From Candidatus Saccharibacteria bacterium UBA6824 (GTDB lineage: Bacteria; Patescibacteriota; Saccharimonadia; Saccharimonadales; UBA10212): a DNA stretch of 62,354 nt. The notes beneath the pieces are model-generated. The model was not told the DNA's origin, did not search any database, and saw only the letters and a list, made by a program, of their open reading frames with translations. The position numbers and the translations under genes were made by a program. Shown piece after piece: positions 1 to 8,335 of this stretch; positions within the stretch are counted from its first letter, which is position 1, and each line of letters starts with the position of its first letter. Location of the stretch: assembly GCA_002452155.1 (NCBI GenBank), contig DKEK01000002.1:1-62354 (forward strand), given 5' to 3'.

Positions 1-49
1 CTAGACCCTAGACCCTAGACCCTAAACCCTAAACCCTATACCCTATTGT
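1..49. repeat. Tandem heptamer repeat: CTAGACC x3, CTAAACC x2, CTATACC x1, plus a degenerate 7th unit CTATTGT. It runs off the 5' window edge and ends 1 nt before the rnhB ATG.
   Basis: Read directly. Positions 1-42 are six in-phase 7-mers that differ only at base 4 (G/A/T). The reverse complement of the middle units is TTTAGGG. Confidence 0.9.
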
Positions 50-50
50 T

Positions 51-605
51 ATGATTGGGATCGATGAGGTAGGCAGGGGCTGTTTGGCCGGCCCACTATT
101 AGTCGTGGCTGCCAGGCAGAAAAGTCCGTTGCCCGACGGGGTAAAGGATTCTAAATTACTGACGCGGACCCAGCGGGAAGATTTATTTGAAGATTTGATC
201 AAAGTCTGTGATTTTGGCGAAGGTTGGGTGCTGGCAGTTGAAATAGACAAGCGGGGTTTAAGCGGTGCCATGCGACTGGGTGTCGCCAGGGCGCTGCGAA
301 GCATTCTTGTCAGCCATCACGATAAGATAATTGTTGACGGGCCGGTGAATTATCTGCCAAAAATTTTTAGAAACTTTCAGTGTCTGATTGACGCCGATGC
401 GCTGGTGCCGCTAGTTTCGGCGGCCTCGATTTACGCCAAGGTCAGGCGCGACCGTTATATGATTGAACTGGCCAAAAAACATATAAACTACGGCTTCGAA
501 AACCACGTCGGCTACTACACGCCCCAGCATAGACTGGCGCTTCAGCGCCTGGGGCCTTTAGCGCGGGTCCACCGGCAGACTTTTCGGCCATTGAGGGTCA
601 CTTAG
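51..605 (+). CDS. rnhB: Ribonuclease HII
   Basis: N-terminal MIGIDEVGRGCLAGPL motif (the DEVGRG catalytic signature of RNase HII). The 184 aa size is typical. Confidence 0.9.
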   Translation: MIGIDEVGRGCLAGPLLVVAARQKSPLPDGVKDSKLLTRTQREDLFEDLIKVCDFGEGWVLAVEIDKRGLSGAMRLGVARALRSILVSHHDKIIVDGPVNYLPKIFRNFQCLIDADALVPLVSAASIYAKVRRDRYMIELAKKHINYGFENHVGYYTPQHRLALQRLGPLARVHRQTFRPLRVT

Positions 606-943
606 TGAAAACTACTACTATTGGCCAAAGCGCCGAAGCGGCTGTAGCCGAACACGTGGCCCAAAACGGCTATAAGATTCTAGAGCGCAACTGGAAAATT
701 AAAGTCTGCGAAATCGACATCGTGGCCAAAAAAGACGACGTTATTTATTTCGTCGAGGTAAAATACCGCGCCGGCGAGGGCCAGGGCAGCGGTTTTGAGT
801 ACATCGGGCCGAAAAAGAAACGCCAAATCGGTTTCGCTGCCCGCGTCTGGTGCCAAAACAATGACTGGGAGGGCGACTACCGCTTGCTGGGAGCCGAAGT
901 CTCGGGCCTCGGTTTTGAAAATATAAACATCACAGAACTATAA
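605..943 (+). CDS. yraN: YraN/UPF0102 family endonuclease-like protein
   Basis: 112 aa with ERNWK...CEIDIVAKKDD.IYFVEVKYR, a restriction-endonuclease-like core typical of YraN. GTG start overlaps the rnhB stop (TAGTG). The rnhB-yraN pairing is common. Confidence 0.8.
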   Translation: MKTTTIGQSAEAAVAEHVAQNGYKILERNWKIKVCEIDIVAKKDDVIYFVEVKYRAGEGQGSGFEYIGPKKKRQIGFAARVWCQNNDWEGDYRLLGAEVSGLGFENINITEL

Positions 944-1077
944 GAGTTGAGCTGCAGTGGCTATAAACGCCGGATTAACACCTTAAATTAATCCCCATTT
1001 TCAGTCATATGTCGGAATTTGGGTACGGATTTAGGGGCAGGGTGAAGTAGCCCCTAACTTTAGGTATAATAAATGCA

Positions 1078-2289
1078 ATGAGCTATCAACCAAGCGGGAC
1101 AATCCTTGAGAAGTATGCCAAAGTCCTGGTTAATTTTGCTCTGGGCGGCGGCACCGGCATCAAACCGGGCGATGTAGTATATTTGCAGTCGCCGCTTTCT
1201 GCCCTGCCGTTTTATAGGGCCCTACGCAAAACGATTTTGGACAGCGGCGGCCTGATGATCAGCGGCCTCAGCGATGATATGAACGGCGCGGCCAAGTATT
1301 TCTACGACCATGCCTCCCACGAGCAGCTGAGCGCATTCTTGTCTATGTACGCCAAAGGCCTGGTGGCCCAAGCTGACCACCGGATTGCCGTCATCGCCGA
1401 CCACGACGTCCATGAGCTAGACAAGGTCAATCCTAAGAAAATGATGCTAGCCCAAAAAAGCGCCAAGCCGATGATGGACTGGTTCAACAAAAAAGAAAAT
1501 AATGGCCTCTACACCTGGACGCTAGGGCTTTATGGTACGCCGTCAATGGCCAAAGAAGCCAGTCTATCAGAGGAAGATTACTGGCGGCAGATTATTAACG
1601 CCTGTTATTTAGACCAGCCCGACCCGATTGCCAGCTGGCGTAAAATCAGCCGGGAAGTCCAGCGGGTGGCTGGCAAATTAACCGCACTTAAGATAAAAGA
1701 CCTGCACGTAGTGGGCAAAGATGTCGATCTGCATATCACCGTTGGTGAAAAACGGCGTTGGCTTGGCGGCGGCGGCCGTAACATTCCCAGTTTTGAGGTT
1801 TTTACTTCGCCGGATTGGCGCGGCACGCAGGGTTGGATCCGCTTTAACCAGCCGCTTTATTACTACGGGCCTAAGGTCGAGGGTATCGAGCTGCATTTTG
1901 AAAAAGGCCGGGTCATCAAAGCATCGGCTGCTAAGAACGAGAAGTTGCTGCACGAAATGCTGGCTACCGATAAAGGTGCCGCCCAGATCGGTGAATTTTC
2001 ACTAACCGACAAGCGCTTATCGCGTATCACAAAATTTATGGCCGAAACATTGTTTGACGAAAATATGGGCGGCCCGTTTGGCAATACGCATCTTGCGGTT
2101 GGCAAATCTTATAACGATACCTACGCCGGCAGCACGGTTAATGTGCCTAAAAGCGTTTTTCGAAAACTGGGCTACAACGAATCGGCCATCCACGTCGACA
2201 TGATTTCGACAGCCGACCGCACGGTCACAGCTACTCTGCCAGGCGGCAGCCAAAAAGTCATCTATCGTAACGGCCAATTTACTATTTGA
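1078..2289 (+). CDS. M29 family aminopeptidase (AmpS/PepS/aminopeptidase T-like)
   Basis: 403 aa. N-terminus LEKYAKVLVNFALGGGTGIKPGDVV and C-terminal FGNTHLAVG / HVDMI motifs are characteristic of thermophilic-metalloprotease M29 aminopeptidases. Confidence 0.8.
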   Translation: MSYQPSGTILEKYAKVLVNFALGGGTGIKPGDVVYLQSPLSALPFYRALRKTILDSGGLMISGLSDDMNGAAKYFYDHASHEQLSAFLSMYAKGLVAQADHRIAVIADHDVHELDKVNPKKMMLAQKSAKPMMDWFNKKENNGLYTWTLGLYGTPSMAKEASLSEEDYWRQIINACYLDQPDPIASWRKISREVQRVAGKLTALKIKDLHVVGKDVDLHITVGEKRRWLGGGGRNIPSFEVFTSPDWRGTQGWIRFNQPLYYYGPKVEGIELHFEKGRVIKASAAKNEKLLHEMLATDKGAAQIGEFSLTDKRLSRITKFMAETLFDENMGGPFGNTHLAVGKSYNDTYAGSTVNVPKSVFRKLGYNESAIHVDMISTADRTVTATLPGGSQKVIYRNGQFTI

Positions 2290-2722
2290 TCTCAAAGCTA
2301 GTGCCGGCCCAGGCTTCCGGTTCATCTATACAGGGCACTAAATCCCGTCGCGGTGTGTTCGCCTTAAGGTTTTTGAGGCTCTGGGTTTTTTCCGGACTCA
2401 GCTCGTAACTTAGCGCAATCCGGTAAATACCGGGATAAAGTACCTCCTTGGTGTGGAGGCGGACTTGTTCAAATGTCGGTAGATGATTTATTCGCGCTAC
2501 TCTATATTCAGTTTCGCCCTTCTTGTCTAGTCTGGTTACTGTGGCGCCACCGATTTTTAAGCCTTTTTGATGAAGAGTCAGGCGGTGGCTGGGAGGGCCC
2601 ATTTTTCTACCGTCTATAACCAGACGGCCTTTATTCGCGTCCAATGTCAACCGATAGGTTTGCGGTTGGAAATTCTTATAAAGTCCAGTATCTTTCCTAG
2701 TCATTTCAACCCATTGTAGCAA
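2282..2722 (-). CDS. Orphan M1-aminopeptidase N-terminal beta-domain-like protein (fragment or stand-alone domain)
   Basis: 146 aa ending in RRDLVPCIDEPEAWAGTSFEIK, which resembles the conserved FPCFDEP..KA.F strand closing the N-domain of aminopeptidase N. There is no GAMEN or HEXXH catalytic domain. The space where it would lie is occupied by the convergent M29 gene (8 nt overlap). Confidence 0.5.
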   Translation of the reverse strand: MLQWVEMTRKDTGLYKNFQPQTYRLTLDANKGRLVIDGRKMGPPSHRLTLHQKGLKIGGATVTRLDKKGETEYRVARINHLPTFEQVRLHTKEVLYPGIYRIALSYELSPEKTQSLKNLKANTPRRDLVPCIDEPEAWAGTSFEIK

Positions 2723-2733
2723 TTCCGGGGGAC

Positions 2734-3363
2734 CTAAAGACTGCGATCGTATAGACTCTGGACGGCTTCAGTCAGCGTGGCCATATACTGCGGCTGCTCT
2801 TTTTTATTTTGTGGCGGGGCAATAGGTTCACCGAAAGCAACCCGGGCATGCCAACTATGTGAGCGGCTGAATGCACCGTCTACTCCGGAAATTGCTGCCG
2901 GGATTGTTGGTACTTGGGCATACATGGGATACCCCGCAAATGCCGGGTCAAACTTGCCCACTGTTACGCCGCGAGTCCTGGTCTTGCCGGGAAATACCCC
3001 CACTAAACGGCCGACTGCTAGTCTACCCTTAACCGCCTCGTAGGTCTCCCGGCCGTAGTCGTCGCGGTCTATAGGGATACTGTCCCATTTGCTAAACATC
3101 GGGCCGATTACCGGATATTCATATATCTCATTTCTGCCTAACATGCTGATGTGCCTTCCGGGGATAGCAACGGGCAGTAAAAAAATATCCAGCATGTCAC
3201 GGTGATTAGCTGCCACTAGAGCCGGACCCTCATTTGGGACATTTTCCTCGCCCGATATTCTAAGACCCAGTAACGCGCGGCTGAGAGCTTTAATAGCGTA
3301 GTATGAACCGGCATATAAAGGTCTATGCGACTCGATTTCTGAAAAAGGTTTTTCGGCACTCAT
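2734..3363 (-). CDS. plsC: 1-acyl-sn-glycerol-3-phosphate acyltransferase family protein
   Basis: AANHRDMLD (HX4D acyltransferase motif) and a downstream FPGKTRT-type block. 209 aa. Confidence 0.8.
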   Translation of the reverse strand: MSAEKPFSEIESHRPLYAGSYYAIKALSRALLGLRISGEENVPNEGPALVAANHRDMLDIFLLPVAIPGRHISMLGRNEIYEYPVIGPMFSKWDSIPIDRDDYGRETYEAVKGRLAVGRLVGVFPGKTRTRGVTVGKFDPAFAGYPMYAQVPTIPAAISGVDGAFSRSHSWHARVAFGEPIAPPQNKKEQPQYMATLTEAVQSLYDRSL

Positions 3364-3419
3364 TTATACATTTATAACACTATTACTAGCTAAAGTCTAG
3401 GTCTTGTGTGTTTATCTGC

Positions 3420-3448
3420 TTGGCTAAACCCGGGGACAATGCTACAAT
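3420..3448 (+). promoter_or_regulatory. Sigma70-type promoter for nusA (TTGGCT-N17-TACAAT)
   Basis: TTGGCT at 3420-3425, 17 nt spacer, TACAAT at 3443-3448, in the divergent plsC/nusA intergenic region. Confidence 0.55.
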
Positions 3449-3459
3449 GTGACGTAGAC

Positions 3460-3486
3460 ATCCGGCCGACGTGGTCGGATTTTTTA
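3460..3486 (+). terminator. Terminator-like hairpin plus T-tract in the nusA 5' leader (possible attenuator)
   Basis: ATCCGGCC-gacgt-GGTCGGAT (8 bp stem including one G-T pair, 5 nt loop) followed by TTTTT. It lies between the predicted -10 (3448) and the nusA ATG (3504). Confidence 0.45.
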
Positions 3487-3503
3487 ATGAAAGGTAACCA
3501 AAA

Positions 3504-4718
3504 ATGGAAATGGATTTTAAGCAACTGGCGATAGCCATTCGGACTATTGCCGAAGAAAAAAACCTGCCCGAAGACCAGGTGCAGGATATTGTCCAGCAGG
3601 CCCTGGCAGCCGCTTGGCGGCGTGATTACGGCGACCGTGAGCAAGAAGTCCGGGTGACGATGAATTTAAATACCGGCGAAGTTACGGCTTACGTCACTAA
3701 AGAAGTAGTCGACAAAGTGCAGGACGAGCATATGCAAATTAGCCTAGCGGCTGCCCAAGTTATCCGCAAGAACGCCAAAATCGGCGAAACGGTGGAGCTA
3801 GTCCAAAAGGTTGAGGATTTTGGCCGGGTGGCCGCCCAAACTGCCAAGCAAGTAATACTTCAGCGCTTGCGCGAGGCCGAGCGCGAAATTGTGTTGGCTG
3901 AATATGAGGATAAAATCGGCACCTTGGTTAATGGCATAATCAGCCGCGTCGAAGGCCGCGTAGTACGGGTCGAGCTTGGCCGCGCCCAAGGCATTATGCC
4001 CATTAGTGAACAGATTCAAGGCGAGCGTTATTACCCGGGCCAGCGACTTAAGTTTTTCCTTAAAAATGTCGAAAAAGAATACCGTGGCCCGCAGTTGATT
4101 GTCAGTCGCGGCGCCAAAGAATTTGTCGAGCAACTTTTCCGCGGCGAAGTACCGGAAATGAGCAGCGATGCCGTGGAAATTAAAGAAATTGCCCGCGAGG
4201 CCGGCGTCCGCAGTAAGATTGCTGTGGCCAGCAATGTCCAGGGCGTCGACCCGGTCGGTACCTTTGTCGGCGGTCACGGCACACGCATTAACGCCGTGCG
4301 CGATGAAATCGGCAGCCAGGAAATGATTGACATCGTGGTTTGGGATGAAACCCCAGCTACTTACGTAGCCAATGCCATGAAGCCAGCCAACGTTACCAAG
4401 GTTATTATTGGTAAGAGCGGCGGCAAGGCGACAGTTATCGTGCCGGAAGACCAGTTGAGTATTGCGATTGGCAAGGCCGGCCAAAATGTCCGCCTGGCCG
4501 GCAAGTTGACCGGCTATGAGCTGGACGTTGAGGGCGAAAAGGGAGCGGCTAAAGCCAAAAAAGAAGAAAAAGGGGAAGAAAAGGCTGAGGAAAAGGCAAA
4601 ACCGCCGGCGAAGGAAGAATCTGAATCCAAGCCGGTCGTCCAAAAATTGAAAAAGAAAACCGAACTGGAAGACTCGCTGCTGAAAGCCATCGAAGAACAC
4701 GGCACTGAAGATAGCTAA
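3504..4718 (+). CDS. nusA: Transcription termination/antitermination factor NusA, with a K/E-rich C-terminal tail
   Basis: N-terminal domain, S1 and two KH regions are recognisable (LIVSRGAKEFVEQLF, IAVASNVQGVDPVGTFVG, SIAIGKAGQNVRLAGKLTG). The last ~70 aa are low-complexity K/E/A. Confidence 0.95.
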   Translation: MEMDFKQLAIAIRTIAEEKNLPEDQVQDIVQQALAAAWRRDYGDREQEVRVTMNLNTGEVTAYVTKEVVDKVQDEHMQISLAAAQVIRKNAKIGETVELVQKVEDFGRVAAQTAKQVILQRLREAEREIVLAEYEDKIGTLVNGIISRVEGRVVRVELGRAQGIMPISEQIQGERYYPGQRLKFFLKNVEKEYRGPQLIVSRGAKEFVEQLFRGEVPEMSSDAVEIKEIAREAGVRSKIAVASNVQGVDPVGTFVGGHGTRINAVRDEIGSQEMIDIVVWDETPATYVANAMKPANVTKVIIGKSGGKATVIVPEDQLSIAIGKAGQNVRLAGKLTGYELDVEGEKGAAKAKKEEKGEEKAEEKAKPPAKEESESKPVVQKLKKKTELEDSLLKAIEEHGTEDS

Positions 4719-4726
4719 AAACTTTT

Positions 4727-4753
4727 TTGGCACTCTTGACATGAGAGTGCCAG
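4727..4753 (+). promoter_or_regulatory. CIRCE-like inverted repeat TTGGCACTC-N9-GAGTGCCAG upstream of clpC
   Basis: Perfect 8 bp arms TGGCACTC/GAGTGCCA separated by exactly 9 nt (ttgacatga). The spacer contains the -35 hexamer. The same palindrome occurs at 23789-23815 upstream of clpP. Confidence 0.6.
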
Positions 4754-4766
4754 CTTCTGTTATAAT
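4736..4766 (+). promoter_or_regulatory. clpC promoter: TTGACA, then extended -10 TGtTATAAT
   Basis: TTGACA at 4736-4741, TG at 4758-4759, TATAAT at 4761-4766 (19 nt spacer, compensated by the extended -10). Confidence 0.55.
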
Positions 4767-4859
4767 AAAAACAGCCGTTAGCCTTTAGCCACTAGCGCTT
4801 AGCTAGATGCTATGAGCTATCAGCTATGAACTAAAATTTTAAGGGGTTAAAATTTTTAT

Positions 4860-7355
4860 ATGATACCTAACAGTCCTGATTTTCAAGAATTCTTAAGCCG
4901 CCTAACCAACAACGCGCTTCACAGCTTGAAGCACGCTGACGCCATTGCCCGGGCCAGCGGCAGCGCTTACATCGGCACCGAGCACTTGCTGCTGGGTGTG
5001 CTGGCCCAAGAAGGTTCGATGGGTTCCAAGATATTAGAGGGCGCCGGAATTACCCTGGACCGGGCCCGTTTGGCGCTGAATTTGACACCTAAAACTCTAG
5101 TTATAAGCATGGGCGGCAAGGGACTATCCGAAACCGCCAAACTGACCTTAAAAATGGCTTGGGAGATCGCCCAGGACTTCAACCAGGACTACTGCGGCAC
5201 AGAGCACGTTTTATATAGTATCTTGAGCCAAAAAAACGCCCGGGCCACGACGCTGCTGCGCGATATGGCGGTTGATACCGACAAACTCTCCGGCGAGGTC
5301 GAGCAATTCTTAAACCGCCAGCAATACGAGGAAGAAGACCGGGCAGCCGGTGTCGCCGGCCGCCGCGGCCGTAGCGGCAAAAAATCGGCCCTGGAATTTT
5401 TTGGCACTGATATGACTGAACTGGCCCGCGAGGGCAAGCTGGACCCGGTTGTCGGCCGCGAAGCCCAGATCAAACGCGTTATCACCATCCTTAACCGCCG
5501 GACCAAAAATAACCCGGTGCTGATCGGCGAACCGGGTGTCGGCAAAACGGCGATTGTTGAGGGCATTGCCCAACGTATTGTCAGCGAGGAAGTGCCCGAT
5601 ACCCTGCTCGATAAGCGGATTGTGACGCTAGACCTGGCCGGCATGATCGCCGGTACCAAATACCGGGGCGAGTTTGAAGACCGGCTGAAAAAGGTTATTG
5701 CCGAACTGGAAAACGATAAAAGCACGATTATCTTTATCGACGAGCTGCATTTGATTGTCGGCGCCGGCGCGGCCGAAGGCAGCATGGATGCCGGCAACAT
5801 CTTAAAACCCAGCCTGGCGCGCGGTAAAATCCACATGATTGGCGCCACCACCACCGATGAATATACCCGATACGTCGAAAAAGACGCCGCCTTAGAGCGC
5901 CGCTTCCAGCCTATTTCGGTGCCCGAAACAACCACGGCTGAAACGCTGGCCATCTTAAAGGGCCTGCGCAAACACTACGAAGAATTTCACGGCGTCAAGG
6001 TTGATGATGAAGTACTGGCTGACACTGTAGGCTTTGCCCACCGCTATATTAACGACCGCTACATGCCCGATAAGGCCATCGATCTGCTGGACGAAACCGC
6101 CGCATATCTGCGGGTCAATAAAGGTAAGACGCCGCCGCAGATGCGCCAACTGCAAAAAGAACTCAAGCTGGTCAATACCCGGATTGAAGACGCCGTCGAA
6201 ACCGAAGACTATGAAAAGGCCGCCCAGCAAAAGCAAAAAGCCAGCCAATTGACCGACCAAATTAAGGAGCTTGAGGCCACCCACAAAACCGGCAAGCCTA
6301 TCACCATCAACGGTGACGACGTAGCCGAGACGGTGGCCCGTATGACAGGTGTGCCGGTAACCAAAGTCATCCGCAGTGAAGCCAAGTATTTAGTTAATTT
6401 GGAAAAGAACCTCAGTAAATACGTTGTCGGCCAGGACGAAGCAGTCGAAACAGTGTCGCGCGCCGTCCGAAGATCCCGCAGCGGCATCTCCAGCGAAAAG
6501 CGGCCTACCGGTTCGTTTATCTTCTTAGGGCCGACCGGCGTCGGTAAGACCGAGCTGGGGCGGGTACTGGCCCGCGAATTCTTCGGCAGCGACGAAGCCC
6601 TGGTCAAAATAGATATGAGCGAATTCGCCGAACACCACACGGTTGCCCGCCTGGTCGGTGCTCCGGCCGGCTACGTCGGCTATGACGACGGCGGCCAACT
6701 AACCGACAAGATCCGCCGCCAACCGTATAGTGTGGTCTTGTTTGATGAGATCGAAAAAGCCCACCCGGATGTCTTTAATATGCTGCTGCAAATCCTCGAA
6801 GACGGAGTGCTGTCCGATGCCAAGGGCCGGAAGATTGACTTCACTAACACGATTGTTATTATGACCAGCAACATTGGTGCCGAGAAGCTGCAAAAAGAAG
6901 GTGGCTTTGGCTTTTCGGCCACCGGTTCGGATGTCAATAATCTCGATGACCTGCACGACGCCAACAAAAGCAAGGTATTAGACGACCTCAAGAAGATGAT
7001 GCGGCCGGAACTGCTCAACCGTATAGATAAAGTAATTGTCTTTAGGGCGCTGACTAAAATCGACGCCCTTAAAATCCTTGATCTCCAGCTTGACGACCTG
7101 CGGGCCCGGCTGGTTAAAAAGGGCATTGGGCTCGAAGTTACCAAGGCTGCCAAGCAGTACCTGATGGAGCAAGGTTACGATGCCCATAACGGCGCCCGGC
7201 CAATGCGCCGCCTCCTACAGGAAACACTGGAAGACGCTATCGCCGGCGGCATGCTGGACGAAAGCTACCAAAAGGGTGACGTTGTTAATGTCAGTGCCAA
7301 AAAATCACCGAAAGATAAAGAACCCGAACTGACTTATTCGTCGGTTGCCGAATAA
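4860..7355 (+). CDS. clpC: ATP-dependent Clp protease ATP-binding subunit ClpC (class I Clp/Hsp100)
   Basis: 831 aa. Duplicated Clp_N repeats at the N-terminus, two AAA modules (GEPGVGKTA and GPTGVGKTE Walker A boxes) and a short middle domain typical of ClpC rather than ClpB. Confidence 0.93.
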   Translation: MIPNSPDFQEFLSRLTNNALHSLKHADAIARASGSAYIGTEHLLLGVLAQEGSMGSKILEGAGITLDRARLALNLTPKTLVISMGGKGLSETAKLTLKMAWEIAQDFNQDYCGTEHVLYSILSQKNARATTLLRDMAVDTDKLSGEVEQFLNRQQYEEEDRAAGVAGRRGRSGKKSALEFFGTDMTELAREGKLDPVVGREAQIKRVITILNRRTKNNPVLIGEPGVGKTAIVEGIAQRIVSEEVPDTLLDKRIVTLDLAGMIAGTKYRGEFEDRLKKVIAELENDKSTIIFIDELHLIVGAGAAEGSMDAGNILKPSLARGKIHMIGATTTDEYTRYVEKDAALERRFQPISVPETTTAETLAILKGLRKHYEEFHGVKVDDEVLADTVGFAHRYINDRYMPDKAIDLLDETAAYLRVNKGKTPPQMRQLQKELKLVNTRIEDAVETEDYEKAAQQKQKASQLTDQIKELEATHKTGKPITINGDDVAETVARMTGVPVTKVIRSEAKYLVNLEKNLSKYVVGQDEAVETVSRAVRRSRSGISSEKRPTGSFIFLGPTGVGKTELGRVLAREFFGSDEALVKIDMSEFAEHHTVARLVGAPAGYVGYDDGGQLTDKIRRQPYSVVLFDEIEKAHPDVFNMLLQILEDGVLSDAKGRKIDFTNTIVIMTSNIGAEKLQKEGGFGFSATGSDVNNLDDLHDANKSKVLDDLKKMMRPELLNRIDKVIVFRALTKIDALKILDLQLDDLRARLVKKGIGLEVTKAAKQYLMEQGYDAHNGARPMRRLLQETLEDAIAGGMLDESYQKGDVVNVSAKKSPKDKEPELTYSSVAE

Positions 7356-7390
7356 TTTTCGCCGCTGCCCTTATTGATGCCCGGACCCAT

Positions 7391-7723
7391 TTAATCTTCT
7401 GATGCAAAACCAACCCTGATCGCATCAGTCTTAATCCCCTCTATTCTTTCGGCTGTAAGCCACTGAAAGATCTTTGGGACTGACTCTTCATACGGTGGGT
7501 CACACCCGGTTTGACTTAATATAAACTCACCTCGTCTGCCCGATCTTGAGAGAAAAAGCTGATAATCCAGATCCATAATGAAATTATCAGCAGCTTCCTC
7601 CCCGTATACTGCCCGTATGTAATCTGCGCCTAAAGGGCTGAATGAATACTCCGCTGGGCAGACAATTGGCGCTAAGATATCTGCCAGTCTCCTCTGATCC
7701 ATGCATAAATAATAACAGACCAA
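7391..7723 (-). CDS. Hypothetical protein (110 aa; start may be the internal Met at 7702)
   Basis: Open frame only; no motif recognised. First gene of the variable island. Confidence 0.4.
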   Translation of the reverse strand: MVCYYLCMDQRRLADILAPIVCPAEYSFSPLGADYIRAVYGEEAADNFIMDLDYQLFLSRSGRRGEFILSQTGCDPPYEESVPKIFQWLTAERIEGIKTDAIRVGFASED

Positions 7724-7798
7724 AGCCAGACTGTTTTACTACATCTGCTTCAGGCTCGCTCCGCATGCCCGAAATCCGGAGCGGAGTACAATGAGGCC

Positions 7799-8269
7799 AT
7801 GAAACCAGGCTTTTCAAAATATCTCTCACTTGAGCCCTATGAGTTTGATCAAGGCGACAATGGTTGGCGTGAGCTTGACGAGAAGGGAAAGTTTCTTGAG
7901 GCTGCGCAAATAATCGAACAGTATATAGAGGAAAATAAAGAAAAACTGGAGGAATACTACAAAGAAAACAGCGAGCTGGGTAGCGTTATGGTATTCCACG
8001 CTGGCCAGCTATATGCGACCGCTGGCCCTCAATATTATAAAAAAGCTATACCGTTCCTGAAAGATTCTTTTCGTGGCGAGGACGAAGGCTGGAATCTATA
8101 CGTAAAAGGGACAATAGCCTTCCTTACCCAAAACGCCGAGACACTGAACAAATGCCTAGACTCTTTAAGAGAGGATGACCCCAAGCACATTCGTGTAACA
8201 GTTCTGGACAGACTAAAGAGAGGTCTGGAACAGGGTATAACCTATCAGCGGGCATACGATAGTAAGTAA
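7799..8269 (+). CDS. Hypothetical helical (TPR-like?) protein, 156 aa
   Basis: ORF with GAGG 3 nt upstream of the ATG and TACAAT further upstream. Sequence is K/E-rich and looks helical. No catalytic motif recognised. Confidence 0.5.
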   Translation: MKPGFSKYLSLEPYEFDQGDNGWRELDEKGKFLEAAQIIEQYIEENKEKLEEYYKENSELGSVMVFHAGQLYATAGPQYYKKAIPFLKDSFRGEDEGWNLYVKGTIAFLTQNAETLNKCLDSLREDDPKHIRVTVLDRLKRGLEQGITYQRAYDSK

Positions 8270-8335
8270 TTCGGCTGGAGTCGTCAACCGCCTACCAAAT
8301 TCATCTGTTTTTCAGGAGGCCACAAAGTTCAAAAA

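Noticed and set aside
1-49. Eukaryotic (plant) contamination suggested by the TTTAGGG-type repeat.
   Set aside because: The repeat is only about 6 units long, has mixed variants, and is contiguous with a typical bacterial rnhB start codon. A chimeric read artefact cannot be excluded without reads, so it is kept as a low-to-moderate finding instead.
3798-4742. 314-aa ORF antisense to nusA (also 5189-5971, 6209-6640 and 6680-7153 antisense to clpC; 24669-25235 and 26948-27640 antisense to rpoB; 43534-44151 and 54309-54917 antisense to ribosomal/rpoA genes).
   Set aside because: These are shadow frames of strongly conserved genes. Their translations are low-complexity (F/L/R/S-rich), lack start-site signals, and overlap well-supported CDSs entirely.
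4728-4745. Reading TGGCAC in the clpC and clpP palindromes as a sigma-54 (-24 GG / -12 GC) promoter.
   Set aside because: The required TTGC(A/T) element is not present 4-5 nt downstream of TGGCAC at either site, whereas both sites form perfect N9-spaced palindromes with sigma-70 -35/-10 hexamers.
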